DNA of 64,000 nucleotides from the IMG/VR virus record IMGVR_UViG_3300037422_000298. One strand, 5' to 3'. This DNA comes from a virus. Its lineage: Duplodnaviria > Caudoviricetes. A model generated the notes under the pieces. It saw nothing but the letters and a program-made list of their open reading frames with translations, searched no databases and was not told the origin of the DNA. Shown in pieces: positions 50,325-59,712 of the stretch (positions are counted from its first letter, which is position 1; every line of letters begins with the position of its first letter). The translations under genes were made by a program, and so were the position numbers.

Positions 50325-51017
50325 ATGCGCGTCGCTTGGAAACAGTTCGACGATCTCTGGTTCGCGTCGATCGGGCCGTGCCAACTCATGCTTCGTCTGG
50401 GCCGATGGAGCGATCCGTTTGCGCAGACAGAACGTGAAGCCGTCATCGAAGAACGCGCGTGGTTCTACGCCGTGTATCACTACCCAGATTCCTCCAACCC
50501 AGAACGCGTGGATCTGGTAGAAGGCGCGTTCGTAGTGCAACGCCGCGCGTATGACGGCGGCGTCCGTGAGGCGCAAGCTCGCGCGGTCGAGATCGCCCGC
50601 GAGCTGACGCTCTGCAAGCGCCAGCGCAGCCGTCGCGAAGTGCTCGACCCGGCCTCGGTTGCGTGGCTCGAAAACCGGCTCCTCGATACGTTGCGTACGA
50701 GCTACGAGAAGTGGCGTCAGAACGTCGCATGGATCAAAGAACGCGCGGCGGCCGGTGACCGTTCGGCGCAGGACGCGCTGTACTACGAACAGTCGTCGCG
50801 GCGCCCGATCTATCCTGAACCGAAGTGGACGACGGCGCGTCTCGCCAACGAAACCGCGCAATACTCGTTGCCGGACGACCTCGACGCGCTTTCGGACAAG
50901 CGGTTTTACGACGCCGTCTACAACGCGCTCGAACGCCTCCGGCGACGCGATCTAGTGGTGAGCAGCTCTGGACTCGATGATCGAGGCCGCGAGACGCGGC
51001 TGTGGGAGCCTGCCTGA
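50325..51017 (+). CDS. hypothetical protein with winged-helix-like C-terminus
   Basis: WTTARLA...VYNALERLRRRDLV. Confidence 0.65.
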   Translation: MRVAWKQFDDLWFASIGPCQLMLRLGRWSDPFAQTEREAVIEERAWFYAVYHYPDSSNPERVDLVEGAFVVQRRAYDGGVREAQARAVEIARELTLCKRQRSRREVLDPASVAWLENRLLDTLRTSYEKWRQNVAWIKERAAAGDRSAQDALYYEQSSRRPIYPEPKWTTARLANETAQYSLPDDLDALSDKRFYDAVYNALERLRRRDLVVSSSGLDDRGRETRLWEPA

Positions 51018-51041
51018 TCGCGCGAGCGATCGTGGTACCGT
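51016..51041 (+). promoter_or_regulatory. GATC-box promoter, leaderless
   Basis: GATCGCGCGAGCGATC-gtgg-TACCGT, 6 nt before the ATG. Confidence 0.72.
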
Positions 51042-51047
51042 GAAGGC

Positions 51048-51530
51048 ATGCTCGCGCTCGATCCGTTCTACGAGATGTTCCCGACGACGTATCGGCCGTC
51101 GTATCCATGGTGGCGATACTCATGGGCCGGGCTCGGACAGCTGATTCCGACGGCGACGACTCCGACGGTGCCTGACGATCTCGCGACCGCGCGTGCGGCG
51201 ATCGAAGCACAGTGTCCAACGAAGGCTGCACTCTGCGCCAACCCGTCTACGCTTCGCGAAGACGTCGAGACGCTCGCGTGCTGCTTCTTCAACTCCTTCA
51301 AGGCAAACGATGTGCAGGCCGGGCGCAACGCACTCGGCGTGCTGGACGCTACGAAGCAAGCAGAGCTGCTTGCAGCCGTACTCGCGCGGTTCCCGGAGAG
51401 TGCCGACTTCATCAAGCGCGTTCAAGGTCAAGCCGCAACGGGCTTGTCCACCTGCGTGAAGATCGCGATCGGCGCAGTGATTCTTGGCGCCGTTGGGGTA
51501 ACCACGATCGCGATCGCACGGCGGCGATGA
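51048..51530 (+). CDS. membrane-anchored protein (aromatic leader ending GLG, C-terminal TM + RRR)
   Basis: sequence pattern. Confidence 0.75.
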   Translation: MLALDPFYEMFPTTYRPSYPWWRYSWAGLGQLIPTATTPTVPDDLATARAAIEAQCPTKAALCANPSTLREDVETLACCFFNSFKANDVQAGRNALGVLDATKQAELLAAVLARFPESADFIKRVQGQAATGLSTCVKIAIGAVILGAVGVTTIAIARRR

Positions 51531-51862
51531 ACATGTTCGGCGCCGCAGAGGGCGAGTGCATGACGTGGGCGTACGACAACCTGCCTGACGCCTCGAACGC
51601 GAAGCTCGTACACGCCAAGGTTCACCCACACGGTGGAAAGTGGGGTGACCCTCCGCAATACCACGCGTGGATCGAACGTGTCGGTCGCGTCTACGACTGG
51701 CAATCGGTCGTGAAGGGTCTCGGTCCCGGCGAGCGCGGCTGGCCGAAGAAGTTCTTCTACGAGGTCTATCAACCAACCAGCGTCGTGAAATACGACTACA
51801 CAACTACGCGGAAACGCCCTTGGTTACGTACGGCACCAGTTGCCTGCTTGTACGATCCGTGA
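51527..51862 (+). CDS. papain/transglutaminase-like Cys-His-Asp protein
   Basis: GECMTWA, LVH, HAWIE, VYD. Confidence 0.6.
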   Translation: MNMFGAAEGECMTWAYDNLPDASNAKLVHAKVHPHGGKWGDPPQYHAWIERVGRVYDWQSVVKGLGPGERGWPKKFFYEVYQPTSVVKYDYTTTRKRPWLRTAPVACLYDP

Positions 51863-51925
51863 AATTTCGGACGCGCTCGCGCACATAACCTCGTGAGCTT
51901 GGACATAGCCAAGTAGGAGGTTCAG

Positions 51926-52183
51926 ATGCAGCTCACCGAAATGCTTGTTCGCCTCGAACGCGCACAAGCCGACATTCGATTCGTCGAGGAACAGCTCAAC
52001 GACAACGCGCACTGGTGCACGACGTGCGGTTGTAAGGTACGCGAGGACTTCACGCAGCATCAGATGCGCGAGCAACTTCGCGCGACGCGAAACAAGATCA
52101 ACCGATTTGTAGGTTCGCTCGCCACGCGCCTTCAGGAAGCGGAAGCGTCGGCGGAACGACGATCGTCGCCGTCACGATCGTGA
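51926..52183 (+). CDS. hypothetical coiled-coil protein with CxxC
   Basis: AGGAGG RBS. Confidence 0.65.
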   Translation: MQLTEMLVRLERAQADIRFVEEQLNDNAHWCTTCGCKVREDFTQHQMREQLRATRNKINRFVGSLATRLQEAEASAERRSSPSRS

Positions 52184-52282
52184 CGGTCGGGATGATGACG
52201 AACCACGACGAGTGCTGTGGACAGCGAAACGTCGTCGCAGCGCAGTCACGGCAGTAGCGCCACGGCTGGTCTTCGACGGGCG

Positions 52283-52603
52283 TCAGGCCGTCCATGCACG
52301 GACCTCCGCGACACGCGAAGCGCCGAGCGCGTATTCTCCCAATGGTGCTCCGCGCTCCCAGGCCGTGTGATACCACGCGGGCGTGATCGGCAATGCCGCG
52401 ACGTCGGCACCGTTCGAGCGCTCCTGAGCGACGACCGCGTCGCGAATGTCGAACAGGTCGCCGAGCGCGGCGACCGCCGCCAGTGGCGTTTCGTCGGGCG
52501 CGACCTGCGTGGCCATGTCTTCTTCGAGGGCCTGCGCGACCCAAACCTTCGGGCCGTCGGTACCGGCGCGCTCTTCAAGTACGAGGACGCGGAGCTTGGT
52601 CAT
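52283..52603 (-). CDS. HicB-like N-terminal domain protein
   Basis: LRVLV..WVAQALEEDMATQ..TPLAAV.AL. Confidence 0.5.
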   Translation of the reverse strand: MTKLRVLVLEERAGTDGPKVWVAQALEEDMATQVAPDETPLAAVAALGDLFDIRDAVVAQERSNGADVAALPITPAWYHTAWERGAPLGEYALGASRVAEVRAWTA

Positions 52604-52618
52604 CGAACGTAGTCTACT

Positions 52619-52888
52619 TCACTTTCGCTGATCTTCAGGATCGGCGTCCAAGATCAACGGTTCGTGTTTCGCGTGGCACCTCGGGCACATCATCGTCAGC
52701 GTCGTCTTGGCGATACGTCCTCCGGTGTAGCTCCAACGATGCAGGATCACCAACCAGCGCATCACGAAGGCCTTCGGATCGCTGACGTGATCGCCGTAGG
52801 CGTAGTGGCCTTTCCAACGCAGCTGCGCCTTCGCGAAGCTCGAATCGACCTTCACCTGTTCACCGCAGTCGCAACGAACTGTGATCAT
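52619..52888 (-). CDS. zinc-ribbon protein
   Basis: CDCG...CPRC. Confidence 0.55.
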   Translation of the reverse strand: MITVRCDCGEQVKVDSSFAKAQLRWKGHYAYGDHVSDPKAFVMRWLVILHRWSYTGGRIAKTTLTMMCPRCHAKHEPLILDADPEDQRK

Positions 52889-53208
52889 TCTTCGACGAAT
52901 TCAGTCTTCGCGGTGCGCACGTCGCAGTACGTGCAGCCCCACGCCGGAGTGAAATCGAGTCCGATTGTCGTGTCGATGCGGTAGTCGTGCTCGGCGCGTT
53001 TGACGCCGCAGCGACCTGTGACCATTCGCAGTACGTCCCACGCCATGAACACGGCGACCTCGGGCGTGTCGGCGCACGTAAGTAATGGATGTTCGAGTTC
53101 GGGCGTCTTGATTTCGGCGATCCACGCGCCGCTGTTGTCTTTCGAGGGCCGGACGTCGATCGTGAACGGCTGAGTGATCTTGATCAGATGTCTATCGCGA
53201 CGCTTCAT
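52885..53208 (-). CDS. HicB-like domain protein with C-terminal zinc ribbon
   Basis: FTIDV..GAWIAEI..ELE..LTCADTPEVAV.MA.DVL. Confidence 0.55.
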   Translation of the reverse strand: MKRRDRHLIKITQPFTIDVRPSKDNSGAWIAEIKTPELEHPLLTCADTPEVAVFMAWDVLRMVTGRCGVKRAEHDYRIDTTIGLDFTPAWGCTYCDVRTAKTEFVEE

Positions 53209-53320
53209 GTCGCCGCATCTTAGTCTCGATAACGCCAGACGTCGATTCGGTCGCGAACCGCAACGTAGATCCCGATCGGGATCCCGAGGATCATCAGCGG
53301 CCAGTCGTACCAGTGGAGCT

Positions 53321-53560
53321 TCATACGATGAAGTCCCACGACATCGGCGGTCGCGGCGCGCTCGCCGCGCTTGCGTAGCGCGCGCTCACGCGCTCACCAG
53401 TGCGCAGCAACAGCTCGACGCGATCGCGGTCGTGAACTTTGACGACCTTCCCCGAACACGTCCGTCCGTCGGTAGTTCCGTCCAGAAAGCACACGACGGT
53501 CATCCCGACGCGCGGCTTGGTGCGTTTTTCGTCGAGTGCTTTTCCAAGATCGATGGCCAT
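53321..53560 (-). CDS. small SH3-like hypothetical protein
   Basis: AAAGGA RBS; PRVGMTV..GKVVKV. Confidence 0.6.
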   Translation of the reverse strand: MAIDLGKALDEKRTKPRVGMTVVCFLDGTTDGRTCSGKVVKVHDRDRVELLLRTGERVSARYASAASAPRPPMSWDFIV

Positions 53561-53993
53561 GTCGTCGTCCTTTCAGCTCGGTGGCAGGTGCTGCGCGATC
53601 GATGATCCAACCGATCCCGTCGACGAGGATACCGAGCACGCCCCAGACCAAGCTGTGGTTCGGATCGATGCAGCCTTGGAGCGTGTTTGCACACGCTTGA
53701 TTCGTGTAGTCCCACGAGCACGCCTTGAGCACGTGCCGATCGAACTGGCAGCCTGCGAATTCGACGCCGGTCAAGATCCCCGCGTAGATCGGCACGCGTA
53801 GGATCCACGGCAGCTTCTGCAGGAGCGGTCTCGCGAGCAGGAGTGTCGCGCCGCCGACGGCGTAGATCGGTAGAATCGGAACCTGCGCGCCGCCGAACAT
53901 GGCCGAGAAACGCGGCCCGTAGATCGCGTTTTCGAGTGCCCAACCGCCGACACCGAACAGCGTCGTGTTGGCTGCAAATTCGGCCGTATTCAC
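53394..53993 (-). CDS. CmpB-like (putative ABC transporter type IV) membrane protein
   Basis: GWALE, LPIYAVG, T.VEF.G, WDYT, QG.I, S.VWG.LG. Confidence 0.75.
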   Translation of the reverse strand: MNTAEFAANTTLFGVGGWALENAIYGPRFSAMFGGAQVPILPIYAVGGATLLLARPLLQKLPWILRVPIYAGILTGVEFAGCQFDRHVLKACSWDYTNQACANTLQGCIDPNHSLVWGVLGILVDGIGWIIDRAAPATELKGRRHGHRSWKSTRRKTHQAARRDDRRVLSGRNYRRTDVFGEGRQSSRPRSRRAVAAHW

Positions 53994-54003
53994 GTCTTCG
54001 AGC

Positions 54004-54384
54004 CTATCGCGACCTCGGCGCCTTCGGCGGCACCGGCCCTCGTGGAGCGGTCGATCCTGAGCCTCTGTTAGGCGGTCGACTAAATTTCGGTCCGTGGGGC
54101 AAGCTCGCCGCGAGCGGCCGATCCCGCAGATTGCTCGGATGCCAGTTCCATGGGTTGCCGTCGATTATCTCGACGGCTTCGCTGCGCGTCAGCCAGCAGC
54201 CGAGCGTTTCACTTCGAACCAGACGGTGAATCGACACGTACCCTCGACGATCAGCAATCGCATGCTCGCGCGCGCCGGGCGCAGCGAGAAAGGCGGGCGT
54301 GCGAGCCCGCAAAACGACGTCGTGGCCTCGAAAGGTGAAACCCGAGCTGGGAACTGGTCCGCGGCGACCCATGTTTTGCATCAT
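54004..54384 (-). CDS. degenerate HNH-like protein
   Basis: GYVSIHRLV..LG..L...EAVEIIDGNPWNWHPSNL. Confidence 0.6.
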   Translation of the reverse strand: MMQNMGRRGPVPSSGFTFRGHDVVLRARTPAFLAAPGAREHAIADRRGYVSIHRLVRSETLGCWLTRSEAVEIIDGNPWNWHPSNLRDRPLAASLPHGPKFSRPPNRGSGSTAPRGPVPPKAPRSR

Positions 54385-54508
54385 GGCGTAACCCTTGACG
54401 TTCGCACAAGCGACGAACCTCGAATAACGTGTAAATGCTTGAAATTACAGGCTTTTTAGACGATCTTGGATCTGTTGACATAAGTAGTGGTTATGTTACT
54501 TCTCGGGG

Positions 54509-55402
54509 ATGTCCGATCAGGCTCTTGCACGACCCGTTGGCACCTTCCAGTTCGAGCAGGCCGCGCTTGCGCTCATCGCCGCAAAGCGCTCCGAGCACAC
54601 ACGGGACGCCTACGGTCGCGACCTCAATCGCTGGCTCGACTTCTGCCACGTAATCGACGTGAACCCGACCGCGCCGCCGTTGGATGCGACCACGGCCTTT
54701 CGGGACCATCTGCAGGCGAACTTGTCGAACGAGAGCGCCCGGCGGGTCATCGCCGCGATGTCGTCGATCTACCGAGCGCTGCTCGCGGCACGCGCGGTGC
54801 GTGTCAATCCCTTCCACCCGGCGGTGCTGAGCTGGCCCCCGGCCAACGCGCTCCCCAAGACGCAGCTCGTATCCGATACGAACGCGCAAGCCATGATCGC
54901 ACACGCCCGCGCTGATGTTGACGCCGCGCGCGGAGCGCGCGACACGGCGATCCTGCAACTGCTCTGGGACACGGGGCTGCGCCGCGCGTCCGTTGCGCGG
55001 GTGCTTCGGGCGACGTATCGGAACGGCGCGCTGCGTGCGATCGTCAAGGGCGCCAAGGAAGTCGAGATCGCACTGCCTACGTCGTCGGTTGCCGCTGTCG
55101 ATTACTGGCTCGCGGTCGCATCGCCGAGCCCGTACTTGTTTCCAGGTCCGCGCGGGCCGATCAACGTCGCCACGATCAACAAGATCGTGAAGCAGCGCGC
55201 GAAGGCGGTCAGTGCCGGTCACGTTCATCCGCACTGCTTTCGCGCAGCGTTCATCACTGCCGGTTACGACGCTGAACTGCCCGAATACGAGATCCAGGCG
55301 TCCGTACACCACAGCGATCCGAAGACGACGCGCCGCTACGATCGCCATGCGCGCGGCGGCGCAGTGCCAGCGGCCGTTGCCGCGTTCCGAGGTCAGAAGT
55401 GA
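54509..55402 (+). CDS. tyrosine recombinase/integrase
   Basis: SEHTRDAY, RD.AIL.LL..TGLR, KG, HPHCFR, H, TTRRYD; TTGACA upstream. Confidence 0.92.
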   Translation: MSDQALARPVGTFQFEQAALALIAAKRSEHTRDAYGRDLNRWLDFCHVIDVNPTAPPLDATTAFRDHLQANLSNESARRVIAAMSSIYRALLAARAVRVNPFHPAVLSWPPANALPKTQLVSDTNAQAMIAHARADVDAARGARDTAILQLLWDTGLRRASVARVLRATYRNGALRAIVKGAKEVEIALPTSSVAAVDYWLAVASPSPYLFPGPRGPINVATINKIVKQRAKAVSAGHVHPHCFRAAFITAGYDAELPEYEIQASVHHSDPKTTRRYDRHARGGAVPAAVAAFRGQK

Positions 55403-56166
55403 CCGTCGACGCTGACAAGCAGATGGTGTTGTCTCGTCGTGATGATGATCTTGCGCTCGACGAAGCAACAACGCCAGACGGTGAACTGCTTCAACAAGAC
55501 CGCCGTGCGTACGCAGCGCGTGTGCAAGCGCGCGTCGAACTTCGGCAACGTGAGTTACTGGACACCCACGGCATTCCACGCGAGATCTTCGCGACGCTGC
55601 GGTTGTTGAAAGATCCTGTTCGCTGTCAGGAGATACTGGATCTTTTGCGGCGCGTCGATGTCAGCGCGATCGAAGAAGCGCTCGTACGTATCGACGACGA
55701 AGAGCACGACCTCGCGCTACGGCTCTGCCCGCAGTGCAACGCGGTTCTGCAGCCCGACGATCCGCGATTTCCGTCGACGCGACGGTACGGCGATCCGATC
55801 TGCTTTACCTGTGAACAGCGGCGGCTGAATACGCCGAGCCAACCGCCCCGAAACGGGCTTCGGTCAGCGCTCGCACGCGCGCGACGCGCGCGACTTCCAG
55901 CAACGCTGACCGAAGCCGAGTGGGCGCGTACCGTTGAGTTCTTTCAGAATCGCTGTGCCCTGTGCAGCGGTGGATGGTGTCTCGTCGAGCACGCGACGCC
56001 CATCGAGTTAGGCGGCGGGACGACCGTAGCAAACTGCTTGCCCGCGTGCGTGAGTTGCAACGTTCGCAAAAACAAGCGTCCGCTCGATGCCCTCGGCGCA
56101 CACGAGTTTGCGTCGGATCGGCTCGCGAACGCGCGAGGATGGCTCCAAAATCAAGGACGGCGATGA
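55399..56166 (+). CDS. HNH endonuclease domain protein
   Basis: LT..EW, CALC, EH..P...GG, N.LPAC..CN..K. Confidence 0.8.
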   Translation: MTVDADKQMVLSRRDDDLALDEATTPDGELLQQDRRAYAARVQARVELRQRELLDTHGIPREIFATLRLLKDPVRCQEILDLLRRVDVSAIEEALVRIDDEEHDLALRLCPQCNAVLQPDDPRFPSTRRYGDPICFTCEQRRLNTPSQPPRNGLRSALARARRARLPATLTEAEWARTVEFFQNRCALCSGGWCLVEHATPIELGGGTTVANCLPACVSCNVRKNKRPLDALGAHEFASDRLANARGWLQNQGRR

Positions 56167-57223
56167 ACAAACCTGACGACGATCGCGATCCCAAGCCCGA
56201 GAACCCGTGCGACCGCGCGCGGGACGCCTGGAAGGACTGGACCTCCGACGACGCCGAAAAGGAGCTGAAGTCCTGGCCGCGATCGGCCGCCGAAGGCGTC
56301 GAGTTCACGACCGGACTGCTGCAGCCGCTCGTGCCGTACCGGCGGCTCGACGTACAGGTTCCGGCCCGGTCCGAGCCGTGGGTCGCCCCGCCCGTGCGGC
56401 TAGCGGACTGTCCAATCTGCGCAGCCAAGCCCGGCGAGCGCTGCGTCGGATTCGATCGCTGGGACGAGTGCCACTTCGAGCGGCTGTTTGCGTGTCCTGT
56501 GCGCGGGATGCAACCGTGACAGTCACGAAGTTCCGTGTGACTCCGACTTGCCACGACAACGGCGGGTTGGGCCCTCGCGTGCCGATTCTCCTAATCACCG
56601 TCTACAGTCCAGCGACGGTTCAATGCGCGATCACGCCACAAGAAGCCCGTGACCTCGCGCGGGCGTTGAACGACGGCGCTGTCATCGCTGAACGAGAAAC
56701 AGCAGCTGGAAACGGTGCGTCGTGAGCCACGCAAGCTCACCGGTCAGACCGAGCGAACGATCGAGAACATCTACACGCACGTTCGGACACGCGGCGCTGT
56801 GGGATCAGCGTTACCATCGCTGATGAAGAAGCCATGAACATCGCCGACACCAAGAAAGCGCTGCTCACGGCGCAACGTGCCTACGACCGCGCGATGCGCG
56901 CAAAGACATGTACGCTCGCGGCGACCAACCTGCGCCTCGGTCAGGAGTGGGAACAGCGTGCGCGTGCGGGCGTGCGCGAGAACCTTCCGACCAAGCTGGA
57001 GTATCGACACTGGTCGCCCGAGCGAAAAGAACTGTTCGAGCTGCAGGCGACGCTCGCGAACGCCGAGATGAATGCGCACCAAAACCGCCTCGAACAGTGC
57101 GGCATCACGCAAATGCAGCACGAGCGTGCGTACTGGGAAGAACGCGCGCGTTCGGAAAGTGCTGCTGACAAGTCGCACGAACGGCAGTATCGCAAGCGTT
57201 CCAAGCGCACGAGCAAGCGGTGA
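56163..57223 (+). CDS. hypothetical genes (56163-56519, 56516-56725, 56834-57223)
   Basis: coupled ORFs. Confidence 0.55.
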
Positions 57224-57813
57224 CCGACAACACCAAAGCCGTGCTCGCGATCGGCACGTTCGTCGCGGGCGTTGCCGGGCTGCTCATTCTCGCCAACCGT
57301 CGTCGCCGCGCGCCCCGGCGCGCGATTGGCGATGCGGCGTCGCGTGGCGTTCTCGATGTTGCTGCCGACGCCTTCATGGAAGGCGACATTGCACGTGGCG
57401 AGGAAGTTTTGAAACAACTGCCCGAGAAGCAGCGCACGCTCGCGCGTTGCATCCGGGCGCGAAAGAAACGTTACGAGAAGGGCGACTACTGGAAAGGCTG
57501 GAAGCAGATCAGTCAGTACCGGCTGTACAGGCCGCTCGTGATGGATCCGTTGCACGGCAGCACGCCCAAGCAGCACGCGTACACAGAAGTGACCGTCAAC
57601 GCGACGCGAGAGACAAATCTGGCCGACGGCAACGTGACCGACTGGATTACAGTACTCGGCGATCTCGGCCCGACGGAGAACTACCCCGAAGGCGAGTATC
57701 GATTTCTCGTCTCGGAGCAGCGCTTGAACACGAGCCACCGAGATACGTTGCGGCGTCTCGGCTACGACGTCGTGGTTCCGTGCGGCAACGTACCGTTGTC
57801 TGGAATGCGATGA
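57220..57813 (+). CDS. protein with N-terminal TM, RRRR and AIG motif
   Basis: sequence pattern. Confidence 0.65.
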   Translation: MTDNTKAVLAIGTFVAGVAGLLILANRRRRAPRRAIGDAASRGVLDVAADAFMEGDIARGEEVLKQLPEKQRTLARCIRARKKRYEKGDYWKGWKQISQYRLYRPLVMDPLHGSTPKQHAYTEVTVNATRETNLADGNVTDWITVLGDLGPTENYPEGEYRFLVSEQRLNTSHRDTLRRLGYDVVVPCGNVPLSGMR

Positions 57814-58190
57814 CGACCTACTTCGTAAGCGGGCACCTCGACCTCACGATGGACGAGTTCCGCGAACACTACGTTCCGCGTCTTGCGGTAGCCATCGCCG
57901 CCGAAGGCGCATTCGTCGTCGGGGACGCACGCGGTTGCGATCTGATGACGCAGCTATATCTGCGTGACGAACGCGCGCTTCGCGTGCAGGTCTTTCACAT
58001 GTTCGAGCTGCCGCGGAACAACGTCGGCGGCTTTCCGACGGTCGGTGGCTTCGACAGCGACAACGCGCGCGACGCTGCGATGACTGCACACTCGGACGCT
58101 GACATCGCGTGGGTACGTCCGGGTCGAAAAAACAGCGGCACCGCCGCGAACCTCGCACGGCGCTACTTCCGTGCATCGGAGAACACATGA
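57810..58190 (+). CDS. SLOG/YspA-like nucleotide-binding protein
   Basis: FVSGH, VVGDARGCD, RDAAMT..SD..IAW, SGT..N. Confidence 0.65.
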   Translation: MTTYFVSGHLDLTMDEFREHYVPRLAVAIAAEGAFVVGDARGCDLMTQLYLRDERALRVQVFHMFELPRNNVGGFPTVGGFDSDNARDAAMTAHSDADIAWVRPGRKNSGTAANLARRYFRASENT

Positions 58191-58451
58191 AACCAAACGT
58201 CGTTCCAATCTGGATGCGCCCGAACCTGATGATCACGACGGACCCTGTCGTGCAACTGCTCGTGCGCTTGCTGAAGAAACAACGGTCGCGATGAAGAAGA
58301 TCTACGATCGCAAAGCACGCCGCGCGTTCCTCGAACGCGTGATCCAGACCGACCCGTGTCCCGAGTGGCGCGCGTACGCCGCACGCGAGCTGGGCAAGAT
58401 TTGGGCAGAAGAAGCCCTCGAAAAGATCAACGCCAAGATCGCGGCGACCAC

Positions 58452-59092
58452 GTGAACGCGGACGATTCGCGCTTCGCGATCGAGCTGCGCTGGTGGGTGA
58501 TGACGCATCTGCATCGTCGGCACGATGGAACGTACGTGTTCCGCGACGGTGTGTCCTTCGAGAACCTCAGTGCGGCTGTCGAGGCCGCGTGGCTGGCAGG
58601 TGATCAGTGGCTCGCGCTCGAACTGGCCGAGCGCTACAACATGGGCAACGTCCTTTGCTTGCGCTGTGCGCGTGCTTGCAGCGCCAGTACGCGGTTTTGT
58701 AGCCTTTGCGCGCTTCAACACCTCGCGACCCACGCATGAAGCGCGTCGACCTGAGTCTGAGCATCGAACTGCGCCACGAGCGTGATCGTCGGACGACCTT
58801 CGACGGTCATGCGTACGTGTTTCCTGACGGGGTTCGTTTCGAAGACTTTCGCGTCGCACTACAGGCCGCCTCGCTTGTGGAAGACTTTGCACTCGCTGCC
58901 GAGATCGCACGACGCTACGACTTCTACGATTCGATTTGTCTACGCTGCGCGTCGGCGCTGATCGGCGCGACGCCACCGACGCCGACGCACGATCGCAACG
59001 AGTGGATCTTCTACCAGCTCTGTATGAACTGCTGGTCGAAGACGGTCCGAGACTACAGCTCGATGCGAACCGGTGCGCCGACGCCGATATGA
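58452..59092 (+). CDS. two tandem zinc-ribbon paralogs (58452-58739, 58736-59092; family B)
   Basis: IELR..DG.YVF.DGV.FE...A..AA....LA.E.A.RY.....CLRCA in both. Confidence 0.72.
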
Positions 59093-59430
59093 TGCCGCAT
59101 CGCCCAACCGGCGTTGACTTCGAGCACGTAGAGCGACGGCCTGCCGACGTGGCGCAGTGTTTCGGTTCGAGGTTGTGCGTTGTAGACGATTCCCACAACG
59201 CGCATGTCTCCTCCGATGAAGATCATGTCGAGCGGGATCCACGTGTTCCGCATGTAGAATGTGTGGTCAGCTTCGCGACCCATCAGGAATAGCATCCCTG
59301 CGTTGGGGGCTAGATACGGGCGGTACATCAAGCCGCGCCGGATCGCGGCGGGGGTCGAGACGATCTCGACCTGCACGGGGTGGCCGCCGACGAAGACGGT
59401 CGGTTGGCGATGTTGAAGAAGCACTTTCAT
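59053..59430 (-). CDS. DUF192 family protein
   Basis: RGLMYR..L...GMLF, F.MRNT.IPLDMIF, YVLEVNAG. Confidence 0.9.
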   Translation of the reverse strand: MKVLLQHRQPTVFVGGHPVQVEIVSTPAAIRRGLMYRPYLAPNAGMLFLMGREADHTFYMRNTWIPLDMIFIGGDMRVVGIVYNAQPRTETLRHVGRPSLYVLEVNAGWAMRHHIGVGAPVRIEL

Positions 59431-59466
59431 CAAGGCACGAGACGCGGTAAGAGGGACATCGCAATT

Positions 59467-59709
59467 ATGTCTCAGTCCCAAGTAGCAGCACCAGATCGTC
59501 TCACGCCGACGGAGGAAGCAACCGCAAACGCCATCGAAGCCGACTTCGCCAAGCTCTTCGATCGCTGGAGCGAGCGCGGTTTCCCGCGCAACGTCGTTGT
59601 CCCGATGGCCCTCATCGTCGCGGTCGACGCCGCCAAGCGCAACGGCGTCAGTTTCGAGAAGGCCGTCGAGACGCTACAACTGATCTGGCACGGCAACGAG
59701 CCATCGTAA
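59467..59709 (+). CDS. hypothetical protein
   Basis: GAGGG RBS. Confidence 0.55.
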   Translation: MSQSQVAAPDRLTPTEEATANAIEADFAKLFDRWSERGFPRNVVVPMALIVAVDAAKRNGVSFEKAVETLQLIWHGNEPS

Positions 59710-59712
59710 CTG

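Noticed and set aside
53268-53283. Perfect palindrome GATCCCGATCGGGATC resembling the GATC box
   Set aside because: It lies in a small minus-strand ORF (53220-53324, ..LGIPIGIY..) and is explained by codons; no -10 at the expected spacing
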